A DNA stretch of 64,000 nt from Patescibacteria group bacterium (GTDB taxonomy: Bacteria > Patescibacteriota > Minisyncoccia > Phycocordibacterales > UBA9973), in assembly GCA_038061755.1 (NCBI GenBank), contig JBBTYN010000002.1:79312-143311 (forward strand). The letters are read 5' to 3'. Below the pieces are notes generated by a model. It worked only from the letters and a program-made list of their open reading frames with translations. It did not search any database and was not told where the DNA came from. The translations under genes were made by a program, and so were the position numbers. Positions 19,771 through 28,903 of this stretch are shown here, piece after piece. Numbering within the stretch: position 1 is the first letter of the stretch; every line of letters begins with the position of its first letter.

Positions 19771-20757
19771 TTAGTTTACCCAAGATCCGTTTATTCCCGG
19801 ATTAAACGCGCCTTCAACTACGAAGTGAACATGCGGACCGGTGGAGCGTCCCGTAGAACCCACAAGACCAATGATGTCGTCTCGAGTGTCATCTTGAATA
19901 ACTAGGTCACCAGCACGAACAAAAATCTCAGACATATGACCATACATAGTTTTAACACCACCCGAGTGAACGATAATAACCAAACCACCAAAACCGCCAT
20001 TGTAGCCCATTCTGGCAAAAATAACTATTCCGGAAGCGGCGGCGTGTATCGGAGTGCCTTTTTTAATAGCAAAGTCCACCGCACATCCATCATGAAATTT
20101 TTGACTTAGGCGATAACCAGGAACAGGATTGACAAAATCAAATTTACGGAGACTGTAACAATATTCTGTGTTTTTGGTAGTCGTAGTGCTTTTAATAACC
20201 AGCTTAGCATTTTCTTCAACTCTCTTTCCACCAGAAATCGTAAACTCGTCACCTACTGCAAGTATAGTGTCCAATGTAATGTCATTACAAAAAATAATGT
20301 CACTTACGTTCACATTATAAAGTTTTGCTATCTTATGCAGTGTTTGTCCTTTAGTAACAGTGTGTTTAACGCCAGGAACAGAAGAAATAAAGAGTACATC
20401 ATTTTCTAAAAGATTCTTCTTCCCTTTATTTGCCACTAGAACACTGTCTTCAGAAACATCAAGCATTTTAGCTACCTTAGAAATAGAGACTCCTTTTTCA
20501 ACTACATAAACAATTGTCTCTCCACAAAAAGAATCTACGTCATCCCTTCCATTATTTTGGGGAAAAAACGCCTTTTCGTCAGGAGAGATATTATTTGTAT
20601 TCGCACTTGTATCATCAATATTATTTTTATCTTGCGAAGTAGGGGAAAAATTGGCCTGAAGGGCAAAAGCTCGATCGCCGAATATTGAAGAAAAGGAGTC
20701 TGCCCTAGCTACTTGTGTAGACACAAAAAAAGTCCCAAATAGCAAGGAAAAAATCAA
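19771..20757 (-). CDS. LysM + M23 family peptidase
   Basis: Signal peptide, two LysM-like repeats, HDGCAVDF, YGHMS, STGPHVHF motifs; start uncertain. Confidence 0.9.
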   Translation of the reverse strand: MIFSLLFGTFFVSTQVARADSFSSIFGDRAFALQANFSPTSQDKNNIDDTSANTNNISPDEKAFFPQNNGRDDVDSFCGETIVYVVEKGVSISKVAKMLDVSEDSVLVANKGKKNLLENDVLFISSVPGVKHTVTKGQTLHKIAKLYNVNVSDIIFCNDITLDTILAVGDEFTISGGKRVEENAKLVIKSTTTTKNTEYCYSLRKFDFVNPVPGYRLSQKFHDGCAVDFAIKKGTPIHAAASGIVIFARMGYNGGFGGLVIIVHSGGVKTMYGHMSEIFVRAGDLVIQDDTRDDIIGLVGSTGRSTGPHVHFVVEGAFNPGINGSWVN

Positions 20758-21015
20758 AAAAGATCTTAATATTTTGAGTTTACGTTTTATAAAACAAACT
20801 AAATACCGCGAGATTTCCTTTTCTACCCAAAAAGACTAATAAATATAAGGGTAGAATCACAGCACGACCGAGTACTGCAAACAAAAGATTCTCACGATGA
20901 TTACTATCTTCTCTAGAATCCAGTCAACTTGTACTGTACCTCTCTTCAGAACAATATTTCTAGAATAGCTCAAAATAGATCAAAAGTCAATCTAATAAGA
21001 AACTGGTGTGGATAA

Positions 21016-21053
21016 CCCCCACACCTTTCATTATAAAACAAAAGGTGTGGGGG
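21016..21053. repeat. Intergenic palindrome copy 2, abutting a DnaA box (TGTGGATAA, 21007-21015)
   Basis: CCCCCACACCTTT...AAAGGTGTGGGGG. Confidence 0.8.
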
Positions 21054-21112
21054 ATAACTATTTCGACCTAAATTTGGTATAAAAAATTAAAAACTATATA
21101 ATACAGATACTT

Positions 21113-23248
21113 ATGGAAAAAAAAACCACACGGGTAAGAAAAATGAATCCGGGAGAAATAGACCATAATGATCCTAATATCATAGATGTTACTCCAGAAG
21201 AAGTTGAAATCGAGGAAGAAATAAAAAATCTTTCACCAGAAGAAAGGGAAAAAATTGGTTGGGGGTTGAACGTTATTGGTTTTAAGGCTGAAAAAGCAAA
21301 AAATGATATTTTTGCTTGGGTTTTTAATAAAGCACTGAAACTAAAAGATATTGACCCAAAGGGAACTACTGGAAAATTTTGCAAAGAAATGAAAGATGGT
21401 TTTGTGCGCGATGCAAAAATTGCTGTAAAAAAGGCTAAAGATACCACAAGTGGTAAAGAAAAACACAGACTTTCAAATGCCAGCCTACTATTTGGAAATG
21501 TTTTGAGATATGGAAGAATTGTTACTGATCTAACGGGAAAGTCGCTCGCTTCACCATTGCGTTATGTAATGATGGGAGGTATGGCGACTACTCGTATGGC
21601 TGAAGCAGGAAAAGAAGCTCGTTTAAAAAATGAAGAGGTGATTGAAAAAACTCGAATTCAAGATGCAAATCTTGCATACGAAGAAGCTATGAAGATATAT
21701 GAGAGAGCTAAAACAAAGGAAAAGATTGAAAATATTTCAGCTGAAACTCTTAAAAATGCTTACTTAATGGAAATACCAAAAGATTTACAAGAAAGAATAA
21801 CAAGAAATCCTTCAACAGCAAATACTCTTATTCAAAAAATAGTAAAAACAGACATTGAAGGCGCAATAACTAGATTAAATAAAAAAATAGAAAAATTAGA
21901 AAATAATAAAAAACTTACACCTGAACAAAAAAAAGCAGAAATAGAAAAACTTATAACAAAACAAAAGAAAAATTTGGAAGATTATGACCGTATCATTACG
22001 CAGTATGGCACTGTGGACGGGTTGGCTATGGCTGGTCGTTATGCACAAACAGCAGGTAAGGCTATTGTCGCAGTAGTAACAGCAGAAACATTAGTCTTGT
22101 CTGTGGAAAAATTATTTGAAACCTTGTCGCATGTATTTTCTAATTCTAATGTTTATGAAACATTACCCTCGCATGTCCCTGCACCAAAAATATCAGTAGC
22201 ACCAATTATTCCAGAAAATCCACCTGTAATTAATAATTTTACCAATGAAGGTATTAAATTTGAACATGGTAAAGGAGGAATACAGGGGATTTTAGATTTG
22301 AAAAAACAAATTGCAGAACAATATAATGGAGATTATTCTAAAGCACCAGAGAGTGTTCAGAATTTTATGAACACAGATGCGACAAAAGAAGCAATTAAAC
22401 TTGGGCTTTATGCTCCAAATAATCCTGATGAAAGCGCGTTGATTCGAGAAGGTTCAATTTTGAAATTTGACGAAAAGGGAAATATAATTTTTCATGACGC
22501 AAAAACAGGAGAAGATGTCACACACTATGCGGGAAAAATGTTTGATTCAGACAGAAGTGCTAAAATTTCAACAACAACAGAAGAATATGGAATTAAACTC
22601 CCTCAAGAGCCTATAACTGCTGAAACACACCCAATAGAAACAACTCCAAACACAGAACCTACTGCTACTGAAGCATTGCAAGAAAAAATAAAAGCGCAAA
22701 TAGATGTTGGAGCAGAAAAAACAAACATTACAAATACACAAATAAGAAGACCTGAATTGGGATATCAAACAGTGCGTGTTGGCAATACAATAGGGGTAGG
22801 TGGCGGAAATGGATCTGGATATCTAAATAATCAATTTCAAAATCTTTCATTTGAAGATAAACTTACAGTGGACAATCATCCAGGATTTTTTGCAAGCAAT
22901 CCTTATGGTTTAAATGAAGAAAAATTAATACAAGTTTATAAAATTAATAATGAAAATATAAATTATTTATTTAACAATAAAATATCTATGTCTGCATGGA
23001 ATACATCTGATTGGGACAAATTAGGCGATCTGAAAGCAGGAAAAATTTTAGAATACACTGACGGTGACCAGAAAATTAAACGTTTATCAGATTATTTAAA
23101 TTTGCTTAAAAATTTCACAAGACTTGAACCAAAATCAGGTTTTCTTGGAATGGGAGCTGAAAATAGTGAATATTATATAGCTCGTTGTTTACAAAAATTA
23201 GTAGCAGATGGAAAACTGGAACAATTTGAGGCAGATCTAAAAAAATAA
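21113..23248 (+). CDS. Large hypothetical protein (helical N-terminus, hydrophobic segment, Pro/Thr-rich linkers)
   Basis: 711-aa ORF with no recognised family motif. Confidence 0.75.
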   Translation: MEKKTTRVRKMNPGEIDHNDPNIIDVTPEEVEIEEEIKNLSPEEREKIGWGLNVIGFKAEKAKNDIFAWVFNKALKLKDIDPKGTTGKFCKEMKDGFVRDAKIAVKKAKDTTSGKEKHRLSNASLLFGNVLRYGRIVTDLTGKSLASPLRYVMMGGMATTRMAEAGKEARLKNEEVIEKTRIQDANLAYEEAMKIYERAKTKEKIENISAETLKNAYLMEIPKDLQERITRNPSTANTLIQKIVKTDIEGAITRLNKKIEKLENNKKLTPEQKKAEIEKLITKQKKNLEDYDRIITQYGTVDGLAMAGRYAQTAGKAIVAVVTAETLVLSVEKLFETLSHVFSNSNVYETLPSHVPAPKISVAPIIPENPPVINNFTNEGIKFEHGKGGIQGILDLKKQIAEQYNGDYSKAPESVQNFMNTDATKEAIKLGLYAPNNPDESALIREGSILKFDEKGNIIFHDAKTGEDVTHYAGKMFDSDRSAKISTTTEEYGIKLPQEPITAETHPIETTPNTEPTATEALQEKIKAQIDVGAEKTNITNTQIRRPELGYQTVRVGNTIGVGGGNGSGYLNNQFQNLSFEDKLTVDNHPGFFASNPYGLNEEKLIQVYKINNENINYLFNNKISMSAWNTSDWDKLGDLKAGKILEYTDGDQKIKRLSDYLNLLKNFTRLEPKSGFLGMGAENSEYYIARCLQKLVADGKLEQFEADLKK

Positions 23249-23281
23249 GTCTAAAAAAAAGATTCATGTTATATTGAATGC

Positions 23282-25465
23282 GTGGATACAAACGAACAGC
23301 ATCTAAAGGGTCTAAATAGTGAACAAAAAAGGGCGGCGCTTCATATGAAGGGACCACTTTTAATTATTGCCGGAGCAGGCGCTGGAAAAACAAAAACAAT
23401 TACGCATCGAATTGTAAATCTGATAAAACAGGGAGTGTCTCCTGATAAAATTTTGGCAGTAACATTCACCAATAAAGCTGCCAAAGAAATGCGAGAGAGA
23501 ATTATCGGTGCAATATCATTATATGATAGTAAAAATGCAGGACAAAAAATAAACAGAGAAGTGGATTTGCTTTCGCGGGGTGTCTCGCAGGCTGACGAGC
23601 CGAGAGGCAGCGCTCCATCAGCAGATGGAGACAGCGACCCCGTGAAAGTAGAATCCATTTCTCTGTCCGAAATACCTTTTGTGTCTACTTTTCACTCTCT
23701 TGGAGTTTATATAATAAAAGAAAATGCCAAACTATTAGGATTAACACGATATTTTACTATTTTAGACGAAGGAGATGCGACAACTCTTATTAAAAATATT
23801 TTAAAAGAGCTCAGCATAGATCCTAAACAATATGATCCAAAAAAAATAAAAAATATCATCTCGCGAGAAAAAGGAAAATTTATGCATTTGGCAGACTATG
23901 CAGAGAGGGAAGAAGGTGGCGCAAGTGCTATAGGGAAAATAGTAGCGCAAGTTTGGAATTTATATGAAAAACAAAAAATGAAAGAAAATTCGCTGGATTT
24001 TGATGATTTACTTTTAAAAGCAACAAAATTACTAAAAGAAAATGAGAAAATCAGAAAAATTTATCAAAACAAATGGGAATATATACACGTGGATGAATAT
24101 CAAGACACAAATGAAGTACAATATCTAATGTCAAAATTACTAACGAGTGCTGAAAGAAATATTTGCGTGGTTGGGGACGCTGACCAGAATATTTATTCTT
24201 GGCGTGGAGCCAATTTAAAAAACATTTTAAGTTTTGAAAAAGATTATCCAAATGCAAAAATAATCTTATTGGAACAAAATTACCGGTCTACAAAAAATAT
24301 TTTGGAGGCGGCAAATGAGGTAATTAAAAAGAATAAATATAGACCAGATAAAAATTTATTTACAAAAAATATAGAAGGTGAAAAAATAGGACTATATGAA
24401 TCCCTAGACGAAACTGACGAAGCTGAATTCGTCGCTACAAAAATTCTAGAAATCACGGACAATTTCGGAAAGGATGTTGTTTTGAAAAGCATTGCGCAGG
24501 CTGACGAGCCGAGCATAGCAAATTTTCAGCAGAAAATTATGTGCGGTTTTCAAAATAATATCCTTTCGGAAATTGCTATCCTTTACCGCGCGAATTTCCA
24601 ATCTCGCGCGCTTGAAGAAGCGATGCTCAGATACAATATCCCTTATCAAGTTTTAGGTATTAAATTTTTTGAAAGAAAAGAAATCAAAGACACTCTCGCA
24701 TATTTACGCGCAGCATTAAATCCTGATAGTTTGTCTGATATAAAAAGAATAATAAATTTCCCTGCCCGAGGTATCGGAAAAGTGACTTTGCTGAAAATTT
24801 TTGCTAATCAAAAAGAAACTTTACCAATAAAAATGCAAATAAAAATTAATAATTTTTATAAAACCTTAGAAGAAATAAAAGAAAAAATTACGAACACAAA
24901 AGTTTCGGAAGTAATAAAATTTGTAATAAAAAAATCTGGAATTGAAACAGAACTTTCTTCTGGCACCGAAGAAGACATAGAAAGATTAGAAAACATCAAA
25001 GAACTTGCCACCCTAGCGCTCAAATATGACAATCTAGAAAATGGAACAGGAGTAGAAAAACTTTTAGAAGACGCCTCTCTTGTCTCAGATCAAGATTCTT
25101 TAATGATAAATGTCTCGACCAAAGTCGGGACCCCGACAGGGGTCGGGGGGGTAAAATTAATGACTGTACATGCATCAAAAGGACTTGAGTTTGAATATGT
25201 TTTTATTACAGGATTAGAAGATGGACTTTTTCCACACCAAAGGCAAAATGAAAGCAAAACAAATGAAGATAGTGAGGAAGAACGAAGGCTTTTCTATGTA
25301 GCGCTTACTCGCGCTCGGAGAAAATTATTTTTATCCTTTGCAAATTTCCGCACCATTTTTGGCTCTCGTAACATAAATACACCATCAGAATTTATCAGCG
25401 ATATTCCTGCAGATTTATTAAAAAAAGAAGGTGAAATTAGCGGAATAAAGACAATTTACCTATAA
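23282..25465 (+). CDS. pcrA: UvrD/PcrA ATP-dependent DNA helicase
   Basis: AGAGAGKT, TFTNKAA, VDEYQD, LEQNYRS, TVHASKGLEF, EERRLFYVA motifs; three in-frame palindromic inserts. Confidence 0.95.
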   Translation: MDTNEQHLKGLNSEQKRAALHMKGPLLIIAGAGAGKTKTITHRIVNLIKQGVSPDKILAVTFTNKAAKEMRERIIGAISLYDSKNAGQKINREVDLLSRGVSQADEPRGSAPSADGDSDPVKVESISLSEIPFVSTFHSLGVYIIKENAKLLGLTRYFTILDEGDATTLIKNILKELSIDPKQYDPKKIKNIISREKGKFMHLADYAEREEGGASAIGKIVAQVWNLYEKQKMKENSLDFDDLLLKATKLLKENEKIRKIYQNKWEYIHVDEYQDTNEVQYLMSKLLTSAERNICVVGDADQNIYSWRGANLKNILSFEKDYPNAKIILLEQNYRSTKNILEAANEVIKKNKYRPDKNLFTKNIEGEKIGLYESLDETDEAEFVATKILEITDNFGKDVVLKSIAQADEPSIANFQQKIMCGFQNNILSEIAILYRANFQSRALEEAMLRYNIPYQVLGIKFFERKEIKDTLAYLRAALNPDSLSDIKRIINFPARGIGKVTLLKIFANQKETLPIKMQIKINNFYKTLEEIKEKITNTKVSEVIKFVIKKSGIETELSSGTEEDIERLENIKELATLALKYDNLENGTGVEKLLEDASLVSDQDSLMINVSTKVGTPTGVGGVKLMTVHASKGLEFEYVFITGLEDGLFPHQRQNESKTNEDSEEERRLFYVALTRARRKLFLSFANFRTIFGSRNINTPSEFISDIPADLLKKEGEISGIKTIYL
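23553..23666. mobile_element. In-frame palindromic insertion element (variant copy) in pcrA
   Basis: About 29-bp imperfect terminal arms; core CGCAGGCTGACGAGCCGAG...TCAGCAGA shared with the 24471 and 27287 copies. Confidence 0.8.
24471..24564. mobile_element. In-frame 94-bp palindromic element in pcrA
   Basis: Identical to 27287-27380; encodes DVVLKSIAQADEPSIANFQQKIMCGFQNNIL. Confidence 0.9.
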
Positions 25466-25474
25466 TTAAGAAAA

Positions 25475-27016
25475 ATGAATATTTTTAACAAGCAAACATT
25501 ATATATATTAAGTTCATTCCTTGCTGGTTTTTCTGTAATGACCATAGAACTTATTTCAGGAAGAATAGTAGCTCCAATAATAGGGTCTTCGGTTTTTACT
25601 TGGACATCTGTAATAGGAATAACTTTATTAGGACTCTCCATCGGTAGTTATGTTGGTGGCCAAATTGCAGATAAAACTGAAGGAAATAAATCACTTCCTC
25701 TAGTGTTCCTTTTATCATCAATCTTAGTTTCATTAATTCCAGTATTGGCAGCAAATACAAATTTTATTACAGATTCTTCCGATTCAATCTTGAAATTAAA
25801 TTTATATCTATCAATTTATTTATTCTTACTTCCAACATTGGCAATAGGACTTATTCAACCAATAATTCTTAAAAAATTTGCTAATGATTTTTCAAAAATT
25901 GGCAGTGAATATGGCATATTATCGTTTGCCTGGTCATCTGGTGGCATATTCGGTGTATTTTTAACAGGATTTTTTTTCATATCAAATATTGGAAGCATGG
26001 AAACAATTTGGTTAATGTCTCTAATTCTATTCTTAGTAGGAGGAATTTTGGCAATAAAAGATAAAAAAATAATTTTACTTTTCATAATAACAATGCTTGT
26101 TGTGCCAAATTTTCTTTATTTTACACAACAAAAAATACTAAATCCAAAAATAATATTTCAAAAAGAAACTGATTACTATAATGCTAGAGTTATTGATGCA
26201 TATCTTCCCGGATATGGAGATTCCCGAATACTCAATTTAGATTTTGATTTTCATAGTATAGAAACCAAAAAAGTGGTTGAGTATTACCCAGAGATATATC
26301 CAATTTTTGCTAATTTAAAAACAAATATAAAAAATATTTTAGTAATAGGTGCTGGGGCATATACTCTACCAAAACATTTTAAAAATTATTATAAAGATGC
26401 AGATGTTTCTGTCGTTGAGCTAGATCCAGAAATAATTAATATAGGTAACGATTTTTTTGATCTTAAAAAATATAATATAAAAACAATAGTTGGAGACGCA
26501 AAAATTGTAATAAATAAAAATAAAGAAAAATATGATGTAATTTTTGGTGATGCTTATAATTCTTTTATATCTGTGCCTTGGTATCTCTTAACAGAAGAAT
26601 GGAACAACGAGATTAAAGAAAAATTAAATGAAAATGGAATTTATGCTATAAATTTTATAGGCTCGTTGTCTGGATCAAAATCAGAATTCACAAATAGTGT
26701 ATTGAGCACATTTAAAATAAGTTTCCCCAATTTTTATATTTTTGCATTTGGAAAAAATCCTGAATATACACAAAGCATAACATTGGTAGGTGTTAATGGA
26801 AGACTCCCAATAAGCGAAGGAGAGCTTTCCAAAAAATTATTGATAGGAGAAAATAGTTTTTTAGCAAATAAAATTATTCCTGTTATGTATTTTAAAGATT
26901 CAACTTCAATAATTTTAACAGATAATTTTTCACCAGTAGAAAAATTGATGGAATCAACAATAAAAAGTTATTTCCCAAAAAATTTATTCGAGTTTAAGAG
27001 TATTTTGTCAATATGA
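25475..27016 (+). CDS. Fused membrane domain/spermidine synthase-like protein
   Basis: N-terminal TM region, ILVIGAGAY SAM motif, VELDP, GDA, DAY. Confidence 0.85.
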   Translation: MNIFNKQTLYILSSFLAGFSVMTIELISGRIVAPIIGSSVFTWTSVIGITLLGLSIGSYVGGQIADKTEGNKSLPLVFLLSSILVSLIPVLAANTNFITDSSDSILKLNLYLSIYLFLLPTLAIGLIQPIILKKFANDFSKIGSEYGILSFAWSSGGIFGVFLTGFFFISNIGSMETIWLMSLILFLVGGILAIKDKKIILLFIITMLVVPNFLYFTQQKILNPKIIFQKETDYYNARVIDAYLPGYGDSRILNLDFDFHSIETKKVVEYYPEIYPIFANLKTNIKNILVIGAGAYTLPKHFKNYYKDADVSVVELDPEIINIGNDFFDLKKYNIKTIVGDAKIVINKNKEKYDVIFGDAYNSFISVPWYLLTEEWNNEIKEKLNENGIYAINFIGSLSGSKSEFTNSVLSTFKISFPNFYIFAFGKNPEYTQSITLVGVNGRLPISEGELSKKLLIGENSFLANKIIPVMYFKDSTSIILTDNFSPVEKLMESTIKSYFPKNLFEFKSILSI

Positions 27017-27897
27017 AGGCAAAAAAATCTCTCGGACAAAATTTCTTAAAGTCAGAAATAGCTCTTCGTAAAATTATTGAAGCGGGAGAAATAAAATCTA
27101 CTGATGTAATTTTAGAAATAGGGCCAGGCAAGGGAGCGTTAACCTCTAAGCTTCTAGAAAAATCTGGAATAGTTATCGCTGTTGAAAAAGATCGTGAACT
27201 TTTTGAATTTTTAAAAATAAAATTTGCAGAAGCAATTACAGAAAAAAAATTAATTTTAATAAATGATGATATTCTAAAATTTATAGAGGATGTTGTTTTG
27301 AAAAGCATTGCGCAGGCTGACGAGCCGAGCATAGCAAATTTTCAGCAGAAAATTATGTGCGGTTTTCAAAATAATATCCTCAATAAATTTAACTACAAAA
27401 TCATTGCCAATATTCCTTACAACATTACCGGCGCAATTTTAAAAAAGTTTTTAACAGCAGAAAATCAACCCGAAAGTATGATATTAATGGTTCAGCATGA
27501 AGTAGCCAAAAGAATCATAGGAAGGGGAAGCAACCCTTCGACTCCGCTCAGGGTAAAGGAAAGTATTCTCTCTATTTCAGTCAAGGCTTACGGGGAGGCA
27601 AAGATGATAATGAAGGTTGATAAAAGATATTTCTCACCAAGTCCTAAAGTTGATTCGGCTATTATCGCCATAAAAAATATTTCTAGGAAGAATTTTGAAG
27701 GTGTCAAACACCCGATGTTTGACAATTTTGAAGAGAAATTCTGGGAAATAGTAAAAACTGGCTTTGCACATAAGAGAAAAAAGCTTTCTTCAAACTTAAA
27801 AGTTTTAAAATTAGAAAAAACCGACCTCCTAGAAAAGTTGGGAAACAAAAGAGCGGAAGATTTAACTCTTTCGGACTGGCTTGCATTAACTAAATAG
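27013..27897 (+). CDS. ksgA: 16S rRNA adenine dimethyltransferase
   Basis: KKSLGQNFL, LEIGPGKG, ANIPYNIT, FSPSPKVDS motifs; in-frame inserts. Confidence 0.96.
   Translation: MKAKKSLGQNFLKSEIALRKIIEAGEIKSTDVILEIGPGKGALTSKLLEKSGIVIAVEKDRELFEFLKIKFAEAITEKKLILINDDILKFIEDVVLKSIAQADEPSIANFQQKIMCGFQNNILNKFNYKIIANIPYNITGAILKKFLTAENQPESMILMVQHEVAKRIIGRGSNPSTPLRVKESILSISVKAYGEAKMIMKVDKRYFSPSPKVDSAIIAIKNISRKNFEGVKHPMFDNFEEKFWEIVKTGFAHKRKKLSSNLKVLKLEKTDLLEKLGNKRAEDLTLSDWLALTK
27287..27380. mobile_element. In-frame 94-bp palindromic element in ksgA
   Basis: Identical to 24471-24564, same orientation and reading frame. Confidence 0.9.
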
Positions 27898-27959
27898 TTT
27901 ATAATTAACCCATAATTAAAAATATTTGGAAAAAACACAAAAGGATAATTTTTATCGTC

Positions 27960-28874
27960 TTGGCGGTGCTTTTTTTGGTTGTACTTTTTCTTTTTAAAAA
28001 AACATCTATATTTCAAAATACGGAAACATTTAAACAAGAAACGGCTCCAAACAATGGACTAACTGTGGACAACACTGACTTAACCATAGAAGATTTAGTG
28101 GACAAAGACACTGATGGAGACGGAATACCAGATTGGCAAGAAAGTTTATATGGACTTGATCCTACAAAAAAAGAAACAACTCCTGGAACACCTGACAGCT
28201 CAGCCTTAAGCAAATTAAGAACTACACAAGAAAATACTGGAAAAACAACAATTCAAGGCGGAGGCAACGCCTCCGCCACAAATACAGAAACTTTAACCCA
28301 AACTGAGAAATTTTCCAGAGAACTTTTTGCTATTGTAGTTGCCTCCAGCCAAAATGGGGCTATGGATCAAGCTACCATAGATGCGCTAAGCGCTTCCTTA
28401 GCAGAAAAAATGCAAAATCCTAATCCTAGAAAAATATATACAATTTCTGATATTAAAATCATAAATGATGATAATTTTAAAGCTTTTATGAATTATATAA
28501 ATGCTTCAGATAGCATTCATAAAAAAAGTCCAACAATAAAATATACTGCATTTGATGTGCTACAAGAATTTTCAAAAGATGAAAACAATCCAGACACTAG
28601 CGTGCTAGTAAAACTTGACCCAATCATAACACAAACAAATGCCATAAAAGACGCAATGATAAAAACAAATGTGCCAAAATCTCTATCAACCCTGCATCTA
28701 AATGTTATAAATTCACTCGAAAGGTTATCAGAAAACTTAAATGATATCAAGCTCTTTGACACTGATCCTGTCGTATCTCTTGGTGGCATTAGTCAATATA
28801 GTCAAAACACAAATACATTGTTATCAGATATTGCCAATCTTCAAAATATAATTCAACAAAAATTGAACAACTAG
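27960..28874 (+). CDS. Membrane-anchored protein with a DxDGDG Ca-binding (thrombospondin-3-like) motif
   Basis: DTDGDGIPDWQE..YGLDP; N-terminal TM; start may lie further upstream. Confidence 0.75.
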   Translation: MAVLFLVVLFLFKKTSIFQNTETFKQETAPNNGLTVDNTDLTIEDLVDKDTDGDGIPDWQESLYGLDPTKKETTPGTPDSSALSKLRTTQENTGKTTIQGGGNASATNTETLTQTEKFSRELFAIVVASSQNGAMDQATIDALSASLAEKMQNPNPRKIYTISDIKIINDDNFKAFMNYINASDSIHKKSPTIKYTAFDVLQEFSKDENNPDTSVLVKLDPIITQTNAIKDAMIKTNVPKSLSTLHLNVINSLERLSENLNDIKLFDTDPVVSLGGISQYSQNTNTLLSDIANLQNIIQQKLNN

Positions 28875-28903
28875 GTAAAAAATTATATAATATAAATAAT
28901 AAA

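Noticed and set aside
23585-23650. Hammerhead ribozyme in the insertion element (CTGACGA...GAAA)
   Set aside because: CTGACGAG lies within a GGCT/AGCC hairpin; I could not build stems II and III with GAAA and an NUH site in either variant.
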